This document shows positions 17,716 through 27,576 of a stretch of DNA of 64,000 nt, one piece after another (position 1 is the first letter of the stretch; each line of letters starts with the position of its first letter). Source of the stretch: Patescibacteria group bacterium. GTDB taxonomy: Bacteria > Patescibacteriota > WWE3 > UBA101185 > 2-01-FULL-41-18. Both the position numbers and the translations under genes were made by a program. The stretch lies in contig JBBTST010000001.1 in NCBI GenBank assembly GCA_038064575.1, positions 99,650-163,649 of the forward strand. Reading direction: 5' to 3'. The notes below the pieces were generated by a model that saw only the letters and a program-made list of their open reading frames with translations, made no database searches and was not told where the DNA came from.

Positions 17716-18114
17716 TTAACTTGGTAGCACGTCTCTTGTGTAACCGGCTATAACTTCTTTAACCATATCGGCAACCTGTTTTGGATCAAATTCACTTTTG
17801 ATTATATATTTAACAGCCCCTTTTAATAATGCCACTTCCGCATCGTGCTGCCCTGCAAGATTTGTCAACATAATCACCGGAATCTTTTTTGTGTCAGGAT
17901 CAGCTTTAAGTTTATCAAGAGTTTCAAAGCCATTCATTTTAGGCATCATAATATCAAGAAGAATCACAGTTGGATGCTCTTTTCTTGCAAGGTCCAACCC
18001 TTCCTGACCATTTGAAGCCAATAACACATCATAGCCGTCAAACATGAAGATCTTCTGATACATCCTAGACATCAAAGGATCATCCTCAATTACTATTATT
18101 AAAATTTTGGCCAT
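17716..18114 (-). CDS. Single-domain response regulator
   Basis: 'IEDD...LLDIMMPKMNG...LTN...GA..YIIK'. Confidence 0.9.
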   Translation of the reverse strand: MAKILIIVIEDDPLMSRMYQKIFMFDGYDVLLASNGQEGLDLARKEHPTVILLDIMMPKMNGFETLDKLKADPDTKKIPVIMLTNLAGQHDAEVALLKGAVKYIIKSEFDPKQVADMVKEVIAGYTRDVLPS

Positions 18115-18154
18115 GCTTTATTTCCTCATCAGACAACTAAAACTAACCCTAATT

Positions 18155-20737
18155 CTATACGTTTTCCGTGGGCAATGTAAAGGAAAAAGTTGATCCAACA
18201 CCTACTGTAGATTCTTCTAAAACCACTTTACCCCCCATAGCTTCCGCCATGAGTCTTGTGATATACAAACCAAGACCCGTACTTCTTTGTGGATCCCTTG
18301 TATACAAGCTCTCATTTGCTTGTTGAAATTTCCTAAAAAGCAAGCTTCTGCTGCTTTCAGAAATACCGTCTCCGGTATCTGTTACCAACACTTTCATTAA
18401 CTCATTCTGAACCACAAACCTTATTGAAACACCGCCCTTTTGCGTAAACTTTATAGAATTTCCTATCAAATTTATCAACACTTCTCTACATTTTTCTTTA
18501 TCCCCTAAAGCTAAAGGTGCTTTATTCTGTGAGAGGGTATCCTCAACCCTAAGATAGATTCCCTTATCAAGCGCTGTTTGACTCAAGGTTTTTACAACTT
18601 CAGTAGAAAGTTCAAAAATATCAAATCTTTCTCTCTTGAATTCCATTTTGCCCATTTCTAGTCTGGAGGTTGTCAAAAAATCATTTACTATTCCAATAAG
18701 CCTTACACTTGCAGCATAAGTATCCTCAAGCATTTCTTTAAGAAGCTTATCTTTAAGCAGGTCTTTAAAATGTTCCAGAATTAGTGATATGTTCCCCCTT
18801 ATTGCAGTTAAAGGCGTCCTTAATTCGTGTGACGCTATTGAAAAAAACTCGTCACGTGATCTTTCCATCACTTTCACTTCAGTAATATCATTTATTAATA
18901 TCAGAATTCCTATCAATTCCCTATCTTCTTCTAAATCTTCAAGAACAGGTCTGATAAAGATGCTTAAATACTTTTTGCCAAAAGACAAATCTTTAAACTC
19001 CACTGGTTCTCTGGTTTTAAGACAGGTTTTATAGTTAGCTACTATATCTACCCCAGTATTTTCAATAAGCTTAGCAACATCACCAATGGTTTGAATACTT
19101 ATACTACCATCAATGATCCCGTAAAATTCTTGGTTTGTTATGACAACATTTTCTTTAGTATCTAAAAGTAAGAATCCCTCAGGAGTGCTGTTTATAGCGG
19201 CTTTTAACTTTGCGTGTTCATCATTTAGTTCTTTTGTTCTTTCCTCTACTTTTCTCTCTACGCTTTGCTTCTCCTGAATGATTTTTTCATCAGCAGCAAT
19301 CCTTTCAGTTATATCCTCTCCTGACATAACTATTGAGTGCGCTTTACTCTGGGAATCTTCAAGAAGTGAATTGTGCCACATAAGTATTCTTTCTCTACCG
19401 TCTTTGGTGACAATAGGACTTTCAAAATATTCAATGTTAATTTCTCTGTTTGAGATTCTTTCAAACATGTATCTTAAATTATCCTTTATATTTTCAGGTA
19501 TAAAGCTTGTGAACCACTCCTTACCAACAATCTCCTTTTCCTCATACCCTAGCAAACGGCACCCAGCCTTATTTATTAATAAAACCTTTCCTGATAAATC
19601 TAGTATTACTATAGAAGAACCAATAACCTCTAGGTATTTCTGAATCTTATACTTTTCATCTTTGAGAGTTTTGGTTGATTGGTCAAGAGATACAAGCATT
19701 TTATTGATGGATTTAGTCAGTTTTGAAATTTCATCTTCTCCTTTCTTCTCCCTCACCTTGAGCAAACAGTCATCGGTACATTCCGCAATATTTGTAATAT
19801 CTCTACTTAGTCTGGATACATGTTTGACAACAAGGTTTTCAAGCAAAGACAATATCAATACAGTACCAAGCACAAGCATAATACCCATTACCAATCCTAT
19901 GTAATGGATACTGGTAATTCCTTGTTTATATATCTCTCTTGAATTTGTGATTTTAAGAATAACCAAAGGATTACCATATAAATCATCAACTAAAAGATAG
20001 TCGGCTATAGTTTTGGTATCAAGCAACTTAATATGAGTTTTAGTTTCCCGATTTCTCAAAAAAACGTCTTTTGCTTCATCAAAATCCACGGCTGTAGAAG
20101 AACCCACAAGCTCAGGTGAGACAAGGACCATCTCTAAGGGAGCTTTAATTAACCTTGAATACGATAGAAGACTATTGTCATCTATAATCTTTCCAAAAAC
20201 AAGAAAGCCATTTGAAGGACCTTCAGCCTGACTTGTAAGTAAGGATCTCTTCACAATCATCATTGGTCCAAGAGATGTATTAATAAAACCCTTCTTTAAT
20301 TCATCATTTTCTAAAAGTAAAGATTTATTAGAAAAATGGTCTAAAATATCTTGGGGAATCTTATAATCTTTTTTTTCTTTTAAGCTATAGTATTTGCTAT
20401 AAACCTGTTTTCCATCAGTTCGTATAAAAAGAATCAAATTGATGTCAAGCAAATCAAGCGCCAGATTGTTTAAATTACTTTCAATGAACTCCTGATTTCC
20501 ATCAAGTATAAAGTTATAAGAGTCATCCCAAACAGCCCAGTCCGCCGACTTATCTTCCAGGTTAGAAAGGCTGTCCAACAAAGTTTCTGATAGATGACTC
20601 AAATTCTTAAGCTCTAAGTCTTGCTCAATTCTTCTGAAACCATCCAAGAGAAAGACAGAACTCAAAAAGTAAAGGGCAGAAGTAATAACAAGAAAAGTAA
20701 TAGCTATTATTAAAAGAGTTTTTTTTCTTATACTCAT
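18155..20737 (-). CDS. CHASE4-HAMP-PAS sensor histidine kinase
   Basis: 'DWAVWDDSY.FI' CHASE4 signature, HAMP 'DEISKL...INKM', PAS, 'SHELRTPL', HATPase. Confidence 0.9.
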   Translation of the reverse strand: MSIRKKTLLIIAITFLVITSALYFLSSVFLLDGFRRIEQDLELKNLSHLSETLLDSLSNLEDKSADWAVWDDSYNFILDGNQEFIESNLNNLALDLLDINLILFIRTDGKQVYSKYYSLKEKKDYKIPQDILDHFSNKSLLLENDELKKGFINTSLGPMMIVKRSLLTSQAEGPSNGFLVFGKIIDDNSLLSYSRLIKAPLEMVLVSPELVGSSTAVDFDEAKDVFLRNRETKTHIKLLDTKTIADYLLVDDLYGNPLVILKITNSREIYKQGITSIHYIGLVMGIMLVLGTVLILSLLENLVVKHVSRLSRDITNIAECTDDCLLKVREKKGEDEISKLTKSINKMLVSLDQSTKTLKDEKYKIQKYLEVIGSSIVILDLSGKVLLINKAGCRLLGYEEKEIVGKEWFTSFIPENIKDNLRYMFERISNREINIEYFESPIVTKDGRERILMWHNSLLEDSQSKAHSIVMSGEDITERIAADEKIIQEKQSVERKVEERTKELNDEHAKLKAAINSTPEGFLLLDTKENVVITNQEFYGIIDGSISIQTIGDVAKLIENTGVDIVANYKTCLKTREPVEFKDLSFGKKYLSIFIRPVLEDLEEDRELIGILILINDITEVKVMERSRDEFFSIASHELRTPLTAIRGNISLILEHFKDLLKDKLLKEMLEDTYAASVRLIGIVNDFLTTSRLEMGKMEFKRERFDIFELSTEVVKTLSQTALDKGIYLRVEDTLSQNKAPLALGDKEKCREVLINLIGNSIKFTQKGGVSIRFVVQNELMKVLVTDTGDGISESSRSLLFRKFQQANESLYTRDPQRSTGLGLYITRLMAEAMGGKVVLEESTVGVGSTFSFTLPTENV

Positions 20738-22371
20738 TTTATTTGATAAACAATGTACTTTGATATCAAATATGTGGGAATTAAAGAAAGTAACATTAAA
20801 GCCGCTGTCATCACAAAAGTTTCTTCAATAGATTTACCTGCAGCCTGAAAGGTTTCAAGCTGTCTTCTCCCAACAAATAGCATCCCTATAATGTTATTAT
20901 CAACATCCCTAATGGGTTGGTAGGAGGCATAGTAGGGAACACTTAAAAACTTAATGGTTCCCTTGAAATTCTTTCCCCTTCCAAGTACAGAAGCTACCAC
21001 ATTCTGGTTAACTTCTGTAATGCCTATTGATCTTGATCCGCTAGGAGAAGAAATGGTGGACGCTGAGAGCTTTTCCCCCCCGTAAACTGCGGAGTCAAGA
21101 CCTGTTGAAGTTTTAATACCGTCAACAAATGCATTATCAATATTAACTCCGGAAACAACGGCACCTATAATATTATTTTCTAATTTAATCGGGTAGGCTC
21201 CTTTTATAGAAATTACCTGAGCCGGAACCGCATTTCTGACGGTAAGAGAAGTCACCCCTTCACCAAGCAACACTCGTTTCACAAGAGGATCATTTGACAA
21301 GGATTCTCCTATCCTTTCAGTTTCCTCTCCTCTTGCCAAAACTTGCCCGCTTGAATCAACAAGAAGCAAACTGTTCTGACTTTTATTCAGCAAAAAAATC
21401 TCTGAAAGCTCTGCCAACATTTTTTTATCTAAAGTTTTAGTGGCTATCACAACTTTCTCATTCTGAGCAAGAAATTCAGCGTCAGTCAAAACCTGTAATT
21501 TCTTGGTTTCTAAAACATAGGACAATACTCTTGAATCAATTTCAAGCCTAGCTAAGGTCTCATTTTCTATATTTTTAAAAAGAAGAGTACTATAGCTAAT
21601 TGCTGTTAAAACAAAAATAAACAAAATTGCCGAGACAGAAATAATCAGAAGCTGAGTTTCAAAGCGTCTCAAAAGATAGCTAAACACCCACCTTCCCAAA
21701 ATCAAAAAGGAAATTGTCAAAAAAAAGTTTTGGAGTACCCACAAAAGACCAAAGGGCGCAACTAGATCATATAAAGTTACATCTTGCGAGTTTCTTAAGA
21801 TATAAGGTATTGAAAGTAATTCAGAAATTGAGAGAACAAAAAAACCTAAAAACGGCTGCTTAAGGTGCCTCTCAAGTCCTTTTGTAAATTTGATAAAATA
21901 AAACAGCGTAACTAGTAAAGATAATGGAACAGAAAAATAAATGGCACTGAAAGGCAGGAGCGAGTTAGCCAGATTGTGAGTAGTAGTTATTCTCTGATCC
22001 AAACCTAATTTTGAATTTTGTTTATTAAGCTCCTCTTCTGAAGTTTTTGGTTTTTTTTGAAGTGGATCAGCTATTAACCCTACAAGTATTAGAAAAAACC
22101 CAAGGTTTTTCAGAATGCCTGAAATAAAGTCAACTACATTCTTTGGAACAATTGGATTCAAAAGAAAAGAAGTCTCAATAACAAGGGAACACAAAAAAAA
22201 TGAGAAGGCGAGTAGTAAGAAACCAAAAATCTTTAAAATATCCTTAACTGTTTTTCTTCCTTTTGTAGCATCAAAGTATAACCAGGCAATAGAAAACATC
22301 ACCAAAGAGCCAAACACATTTAGTGCAAAGTGCAAATTCTGAAGAATAAACGGATACCACATAGTTACCAT
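20734..22371 (-). CDS. Multi-TM membrane protein with extracellular Cache domain and no output domain
   Basis: About 7 N-terminal TMs, Cache-like 'LLLVDSSGQVLAR...YYASYQPIRDVDNNIIGMLFVG', final TM. Confidence 0.7.
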   Translation of the reverse strand: MVTMWYPFILQNLHFALNVFGSLVMFSIAWLYFDATKGRKTVKDILKIFGFLLLAFSFFLCSLVIETSFLLNPIVPKNVVDFISGILKNLGFFLILVGLIADPLQKKPKTSEEELNKQNSKLGLDQRITTTHNLANSLLPFSAIYFSVPLSLLVTLFYFIKFTKGLERHLKQPFLGFFVLSISELLSIPYILRNSQDVTLYDLVAPFGLLWVLQNFFLTISFLILGRWVFSYLLRRFETQLLIISVSAILFIFVLTAISYSTLLFKNIENETLARLEIDSRVLSYVLETKKLQVLTDAEFLAQNEKVVIATKTLDKKMLAELSEIFLLNKSQNSLLLVDSSGQVLARGEETERIGESLSNDPLVKRVLLGEGVTSLTVRNAVPAQVISIKGAYPIKLENNIIGAVVSGVNIDNAFVDGIKTSTGLDSAVYGGEKLSASTISSPSGSRSIGITEVNQNVVASVLGRGKNFKGTIKFLSVPYYASYQPIRDVDNNIIGMLFVGRRQLETFQAAGKSIEETFVMTAALMLLSLIPTYLISKYIVYQIK

Positions 22372-22374
22372 TTC

Positions 22375-24642
22375 TTAATTCTTATATAGATTCTCAAATA
22401 TTTCGTTGGCAGTTAATACACCTGTTTTTAATTCTTTAATATTTCCCTTTCTATCCATTATCAAATGAGTGGGAGAATATAACAATCCCAAAGACTCAAT
22501 AAGACTTCCTTTGGGGTCTGCAAGAAAGAGAGGTTTATAGCCTCCCCTCTTCTTAAAAATGGCAACCTTGCTATCTGACTCGTGAGGCATAATAACAACA
22601 GAATTTACCTCCTGCTCCAAATTGTTAAGATTTGAAAGCTGATCAGGTGTTGAGGGAGCCCAAGAAGTCATAAATGAAACAATAGTTGGTTTGCCTCTCA
22701 AAGCAAGGTTGTTAACAAACTCTCCTTCTGATCTGAGGTTAAAATTTGGTAACGTCACAAGTTTTAAATCCTTTTGAGAGCTATCAACAAAAATAGAAGG
22801 GTAAGAAACTTCTAAATCTACGGTGTCAGCCCAAATATTGGACACACCTAGAAAATTCCAAGACTTAGCAAGTGAAAAGTTTGCTGAGACAATGAATGGT
22901 TTTAAGAGCAGAAAACTTTTTGTTTTTGTCTCCTTAAAACCCGGTTTTCTTACACTCAAATAGTATTTCCCTTCCGGGAGAAGAAGCTTATAACTGCCAT
23001 CACTCAGAGTCCTCTGCGGGTTTTCCTGAGAAAAAGCCTGGGCATCCCAAGGAATGAATGTGTTAGAAAGTTCCTCATACATATAAACTGTGACCAAAGC
23101 GTCCTCCAGAGGTTTACCATTGTTAGTTACAACCCCACCTGGCAGGATTACGGCTCTGCCAAGTTTTCTTTGGGTTTTATTTCCAGCCCCATCTATCAAA
23201 AACGCCTCAAGATGATAAACTCCCATGCCCTCAAAAAACAAAACTCCTCTCCAAAGACCTGTTTCCAAATCTCTTGTAAGAGAGGCTGTGTTCCTGACCT
23301 CATCAATAGCCTTATTTGCAAAAACCGAATAGCTTGAGATTTTAATCCCTTTTTCTGAAAGTTGTTTGGTTTCTTCTACACTCTTAGTTGAAACTACGTC
23401 AATTGATACAGGTCCTCCAATTGAGGATAAGTTAATGTTAATTTCTCCCATAGGCAGAAAAATAAAACCGTTTTGGTCTTGCTCAAATATCTGTGGGCCA
23501 CTGTTTAATAAAACCATCCCAGCCTGAGGCGGAATCACATCAATTATAAGTTTGTAGGAATCACTGAGCCTTATGTTACCTGAAGTATCTGTAGCTCTGA
23601 GTCTTAAATCAAAATCCCCATCCTCAAGAAAGGAAGGAGAAAATTCAAACTTTGCACTACTTTCACTCTTTTCAGGAAGGGGCACAGGTAGCCAATTAAA
23701 CCCATTGTCCATTGAATATTCCACTTTTCCTATTTTGGTGTTATCAGATACATTACCTAAAAGCTTAGGAAGAGTTGTGAAGGGCTTTGAAAGATCAGAT
23801 GTTAGAACTATTAAAGGCTGGGTTTTATCAAAAATATATTCAATTGTAGGAGAAGCCTCCTTTACTTCAGTAACAATTGTTGTTGTTACTATGGATTTCT
23901 TAGCCGTAACAAAAGTATTATCTGAGGTTCTTGCTTCATTGCCACCAGAATCGGTACTCTTTACCCTGTAATGATAGGTTTTATTAGTTTTCAAATCTTT
24001 CAAGGTTATTGAGTGAGTTTTGGTACGCTTTGAGCTGCTTTTTGATTTGCCATAGGAGGTTGTAAGCCCATATTCCACAACCGAGTTTGCTTCCTCATTG
24101 GTCGTCCATTTTATTTTTACAGAAGAATTTGTAATGTCTGAGACTGACAGAGAGGAAATTAGAGGGGCCTCTGGGTTATCTCCTTCACTAATAGAAGTAC
24201 TCAATGAGCCTGAACAGCTTGTAGGGGAAGTACCATCTGTATTATCAGCTACATTAACTTCCCAGCTTTTTGCACTCTCCTCTGAAGAAGAGGTTGTAAC
24301 TGACACCTCAATATATGTTCCAGAGGGTCCATATATTTCAATCCCGGTCAAAGTAACACTGTCCGAATCATAGGAAACAGCACCTTCCGGAGCGGATGCC
24401 CCTGTAATGGTGTATTTAGAAGAAGGTTTATCTATTTTTATCCACAAAATATTATCTGAAGTATCTTCGTTATTTATGTCAAATCTAAGAGTCTCAGAAG
24501 CACCAGGGCTTAGGCTGTTTATGGAAACTCCTGCTGTACAAGAAATTACCACTTGGGAGTATCCTTTACTTAAAAATGGTGATAATAGTAGTAATAGAAT
24601 ACTAAACAAAAAAATAAGCGAGCTTTTGGCAGTAGAAATCAT
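22375..24642 (-). CDS. Exported FN3/Ig-like protein with C-terminal thioredoxin-like (redoxin) domain lacking CxxC
   Basis: Signal peptide; FN3 'IKWTTNEEANSVVEYG...THSITL..L...KTYHYRV'; carboxypeptidase-regulatory-like domain; 'LRGKPTIVSFMTSWAPST'. Confidence 0.7.
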   Translation of the reverse strand: MISTAKSSLIFLFSILLLLLSPFLSKGYSQVVISCTAGVSINSLSPGASETLRFDINNEDTSDNILWIKIDKPSSKYTITGASAPEGAVSYDSDSVTLTGIEIYGPSGTYIEVSVTTSSSEESAKSWEVNVADNTDGTSPTSCSGSLSTSISEGDNPEAPLISSLSVSDITNSSVKIKWTTNEEANSVVEYGLTTSYGKSKSSSKRTKTHSITLKDLKTNKTYHYRVKSTDSGGNEARTSDNTFVTAKKSIVTTTIVTEVKEASPTIEYIFDKTQPLIVLTSDLSKPFTTLPKLLGNVSDNTKIGKVEYSMDNGFNWLPVPLPEKSESSAKFEFSPSFLEDGDFDLRLRATDTSGNIRLSDSYKLIIDVIPPQAGMVLLNSGPQIFEQDQNGFIFLPMGEININLSSIGGPVSIDVVSTKSVEETKQLSEKGIKISSYSVFANKAIDEVRNTASLTRDLETGLWRGVLFFEGMGVYHLEAFLIDGAGNKTQRKLGRAVILPGGVVTNNGKPLEDALVTVYMYEELSNTFIPWDAQAFSQENPQRTLSDGSYKLLLPEGKYYLSVRKPGFKETKTKSFLLLKPFIVSANFSLAKSWNFLGVSNIWADTVDLEVSYPSIFVDSSQKDLKLVTLPNFNLRSEGEFVNNLALRGKPTIVSFMTSWAPSTPDQLSNLNNLEQEVNSVVIMPHESDSKVAIFKKRGGYKPLFLADPKGSLIESLGLLYSPTHLIMDRKGNIKELKTGVLTANEIFENLYKN

Positions 24643-24707
24643 TTTGATTTAAATTTTCCAGCTTAATCCCTCTTAAGAAAGTATAGCAACAAATAAAGTT
24701 TCATGAT

Positions 24708-25610
24708 CTAGCTTTTTTTGTTTTTCCTTACAAAATTTTCCCACACAACAAGAATTGGCGAAGCGTTGAAAATTGAGGAATAAGTGCCTGAAACTATACC
24801 AATCAAAAGCGCAAACACAAACCATCTAATGGACTCCCCCCCCAGAAGAAGAAGGGACAAAAGAGTAAGAATTACTGTAAGAGAGGTTTTTACACTTCTA
24901 TCCAAAGTTTCAACAAGAGAGTAATTTACAACATACTCAAAACTCATGCTCTTCATTTTAAGCAGGTTTTCTCTAATCCTATCAAACACAACAATAGTAT
25001 CGTGAACGGAAAAACCAATTACTGTAAGTAACGCAGTGATAAAAAGGGAATTTATTTCAACCCCAAAGAAATACCCAAGAATAGAAAAAACACCCAAAAC
25101 TACAAAGGCATCGTGCAAAACTGCAATTATTGCCGATACTCCAAATCTAAAACTGGAGTAAGGGGATGGAACTTGTCTAAAAGAATAGGCTATATATAGA
25201 AGTATTCCTACTGAAGCTATGACTACGGAAAGGAGTGCATTTCTGGTAGTTTCCTGCCCTATTACAGGGCCGATAGTTTCAAAAGACGTCTGGGAAATCT
25301 TGTTATCATTAAAGCTATCTTGCAGTTTAGTTTTTATTTCTTCATTTTTGGCGTTATCAACAGACCTTGATCTGACCAACAGTTTTCCATCACCAGTTTC
25401 CACTACACTTTCAATTTCTACTCCCACATCATCAAAAACACTTTTAATTTCTTCCCTGGACAGTTTTTTTTCATAAGAGAATTCAAACACAGATCCTCCG
25501 GTAAAATCTATGGAAAGTTTTAGGCCTTTAAGTGAAAGAAATATAAGCCCTGGAACTAAAACCGCAATAGATACAAAAAAATATATATTCTTTTTAGCAA
25601 GCAAATTCAT
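24708..25610 (-). CDS. secF: Protein translocase subunit SecF
   Basis: 'SIDFTGG', 'GFSVHDTIVVFDRIREN', 'GTYSSIF'. Confidence 0.95.
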   Translation of the reverse strand: MNLLAKKNIYFFVSIAVLVPGLIFLSLKGLKLSIDFTGGSVFEFSYEKKLSREEIKSVFDDVGVEIESVVETGDGKLLVRSRSVDNAKNEEIKTKLQDSFNDNKISQTSFETIGPVIGQETTRNALLSVVIASVGILLYIAYSFRQVPSPYSSFRFGVSAIIAVLHDAFVVLGVFSILGYFFGVEINSLFITALLTVIGFSVHDTIVVFDRIRENLLKMKSMSFEYVVNYSLVETLDRSVKTSLTVILTLLSLLLLGGESIRWFVFALLIGIVSGTYSSIFNASPILVVWENFVRKNKKS

Positions 25611-25616
25611 AAATAG

Positions 25617-26981
25617 TCAGGCTTTTCTATACAACAAATCTATTAAAGTTCTTGTCACAAAGATAGCCGTAAATAAAGACACCCCAATCCCTACAGCCAG
25701 TGTTAGCGCAAAGCCTTTGACAACTCCTGTTCCAAAATGGAAAAGTATGGCACTTGTAAGAAGAGATGAGACATTTGAATCCTTAATTGATGACCAGGAT
25801 CTTTCAAAGCCGTTCCTAAGAGCAAGATTAAAAGGTCTGCCCCACAACAACTCCTCCTTTATTCTCTCAAAAGTCAGAATATTGGCATCAACTGCCATAC
25901 CTATGGAAAGGATAAAACCGGCCAATCCTGGCAGAGTTACTGTAACGGGAATAATTTTAAAGATAGCAAGCGTAATAAAGGTGTAAATCACAAGGGCAAT
26001 GTTAGCAATAACGCCAAGTCTCCCATAGCTAAAAACCATAAAAGCAAAAACTATCAAAACTCCAATTGCTCCGGCAATTAGACTTTTCTTGATAGAATCT
26101 TCCCCAAGGGTTGCCCCAATGGTTTTTTGTTCAATTATTTCAACAGGCACAGGAAGTGCCCCGGCTCTTAAAGATATGCTTAGCCTGTTAGCCTCTTGAA
26201 TAGAAAATGTTCCGGTAATTACGGGATCTGAAGTTAAACCATCAGCAAGGTCGGGGTTTACCACAGGCATAGATAAAGGTGTATCAGATTTATCAAGATA
26301 AATGGCAATGGGTTTGTTAATATTATTTTTTGCAATTTCTGAAAACTTGTTCCTTCCCTCAGTACTAAACCTTATTCTTATCTGCGGAGAGGAATTAAGG
26401 GAGGCGTTATCTCCACTAAATACTACATCTGCACCTTTCAAATCTGCTCCGGTAACTCCTGTATCTTCCCAAAAAGAAGGGCTTAGAAAATATTCCTGAA
26501 ATTTTGCCGGGTCATAAACTTCATCTTTTTTGATCTGCTTAAAAGTAAGTTGCGCAGTTTGACCTATCTGCGCTATAGCCTCATTCACATCGGTTACACC
26601 TGGAAGCTCCGCTATTACTCTATAATCATTTCCAGCTTTTGAAGTTTGGATAAGGGGTTCCGCAACTCCCAGTAAATCAACTCTTCTTCTAATTACTTCT
26701 TTAGCTGATTTCAAAGCACTGTCTTTTTCAGTCTCGGGGATTTTTGACATGTCAGCTTTAAGTACAACCCTTACACCACCCTGTATATCAAGGCCTTTTC
26801 TGACTTTAGTAAAATCAAACACAAATCTTCCTGAGAGAAAATCAAAATAATAGCCTCCTATATATGTATCTAAGGTAAAATACTTAGTAGTAACTTCTAC
26901 TGGGATTCTTGGAAGCGCTATTAAAACTGCAGCAAAAGATAACACCACTATTAAAACGAGTGTGATTTTTCTATTTTTCAT
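25617..26981 (-). CDS. secD: Protein translocase subunit SecD
   Basis: 'GLDIQGG', 'LGVAEP', 'AGALPVP', 'GMAVDANIL.FERIKEE'. Confidence 0.95.
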   Translation of the reverse strand: MKNRKITLVLIVVLSFAAVLIALPRIPVEVTTKYFTLDTYIGGYYFDFLSGRFVFDFTKVRKGLDIQGGVRVVLKADMSKIPETEKDSALKSAKEVIRRRVDLLGVAEPLIQTSKAGNDYRVIAELPGVTDVNEAIAQIGQTAQLTFKQIKKDEVYDPAKFQEYFLSPSFWEDTGVTGADLKGADVVFSGDNASLNSSPQIRIRFSTEGRNKFSEIAKNNINKPIAIYLDKSDTPLSMPVVNPDLADGLTSDPVITGTFSIQEANRLSISLRAGALPVPVEIIEQKTIGATLGEDSIKKSLIAGAIGVLIVFAFMVFSYGRLGVIANIALVIYTFITLAIFKIIPVTVTLPGLAGFILSIGMAVDANILTFERIKEELLWGRPFNLALRNGFERSWSSIKDSNVSSLLTSAILFHFGTGVVKGFALTLAVGIGVSLFTAIFVTRTLIDLLYRKA

Positions 26982-26990
26982 ATGAGATTT

Positions 26991-27575
26991 TCATAGGAGG
27001 GAACAGAACTCTTCTTCATTTCCAATCAGCATAACTCGGGTTTGGCAAAGGAGTTGCATTATGAAAGGTTCTCTTCTCTTTTTCCTAAAAACAAATTCAT
27101 CATCACCCATAACCGTATAGTTTATTTCATGTTTATAAAGTTCTTCATACTTCTTAATTATTTCTTTCAAAAAATTGGCGTCAATTGATCCTACAATAAG
27201 AAGATCAACATCATTTTGCCCGGCGATTCTTCCTCCAATCAAAGCTCTTGACATAGCTGCAAAAGTAATATTCCCCAAATTTTTTGTGTTTTTAATCAAT
27301 TCCGATCCAAGACCAAACTCCTTTGCAACAAGATTCACAAGCTCAGGGTAGTAAATAAACTCTCTGTTTACATCATAAAATACCTTATTTCCTCTTGGGC
27401 GCCTTTTTACAAAACCTACTTTAGAAAGCCTCTCAAGCTCTCTTCTTACGGCATTTATTTCAGTCCCAACTTTTCTAACAATATCTCTAACATGGAGCGA
27501 CTGAGTAGGGCTTTCAACAAGCAGTAACGCCAAAATCTTAACCCTGACTTCTGATATTAGAATATCTTTAAGCAT
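26991..27575 (-). CDS. Winged-HTH transcriptional regulator with nucleotidyltransferase-like C-terminal domain
   Basis: 'HVRDIVRKVGTEINAVRRELERL' wHTH plus 'DVDLLIVG'. Confidence 0.7.
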   Translation of the reverse strand: MLKDILISEVRVKILALLLVESPTQSLHVRDIVRKVGTEINAVRRELERLSKVGFVKRRPRGNKVFYDVNREFIYYPELVNLVAKEFGLGSELIKNTKNLGNITFAAMSRALIGGRIAGQNDVDLLIVGSIDANFLKEIIKKYEELYKHEINYTVMGDDEFVFRKKRREPFIMQLLCQTRVMLIGNEEEFCSLL

Positions 27576-27576
27576 A

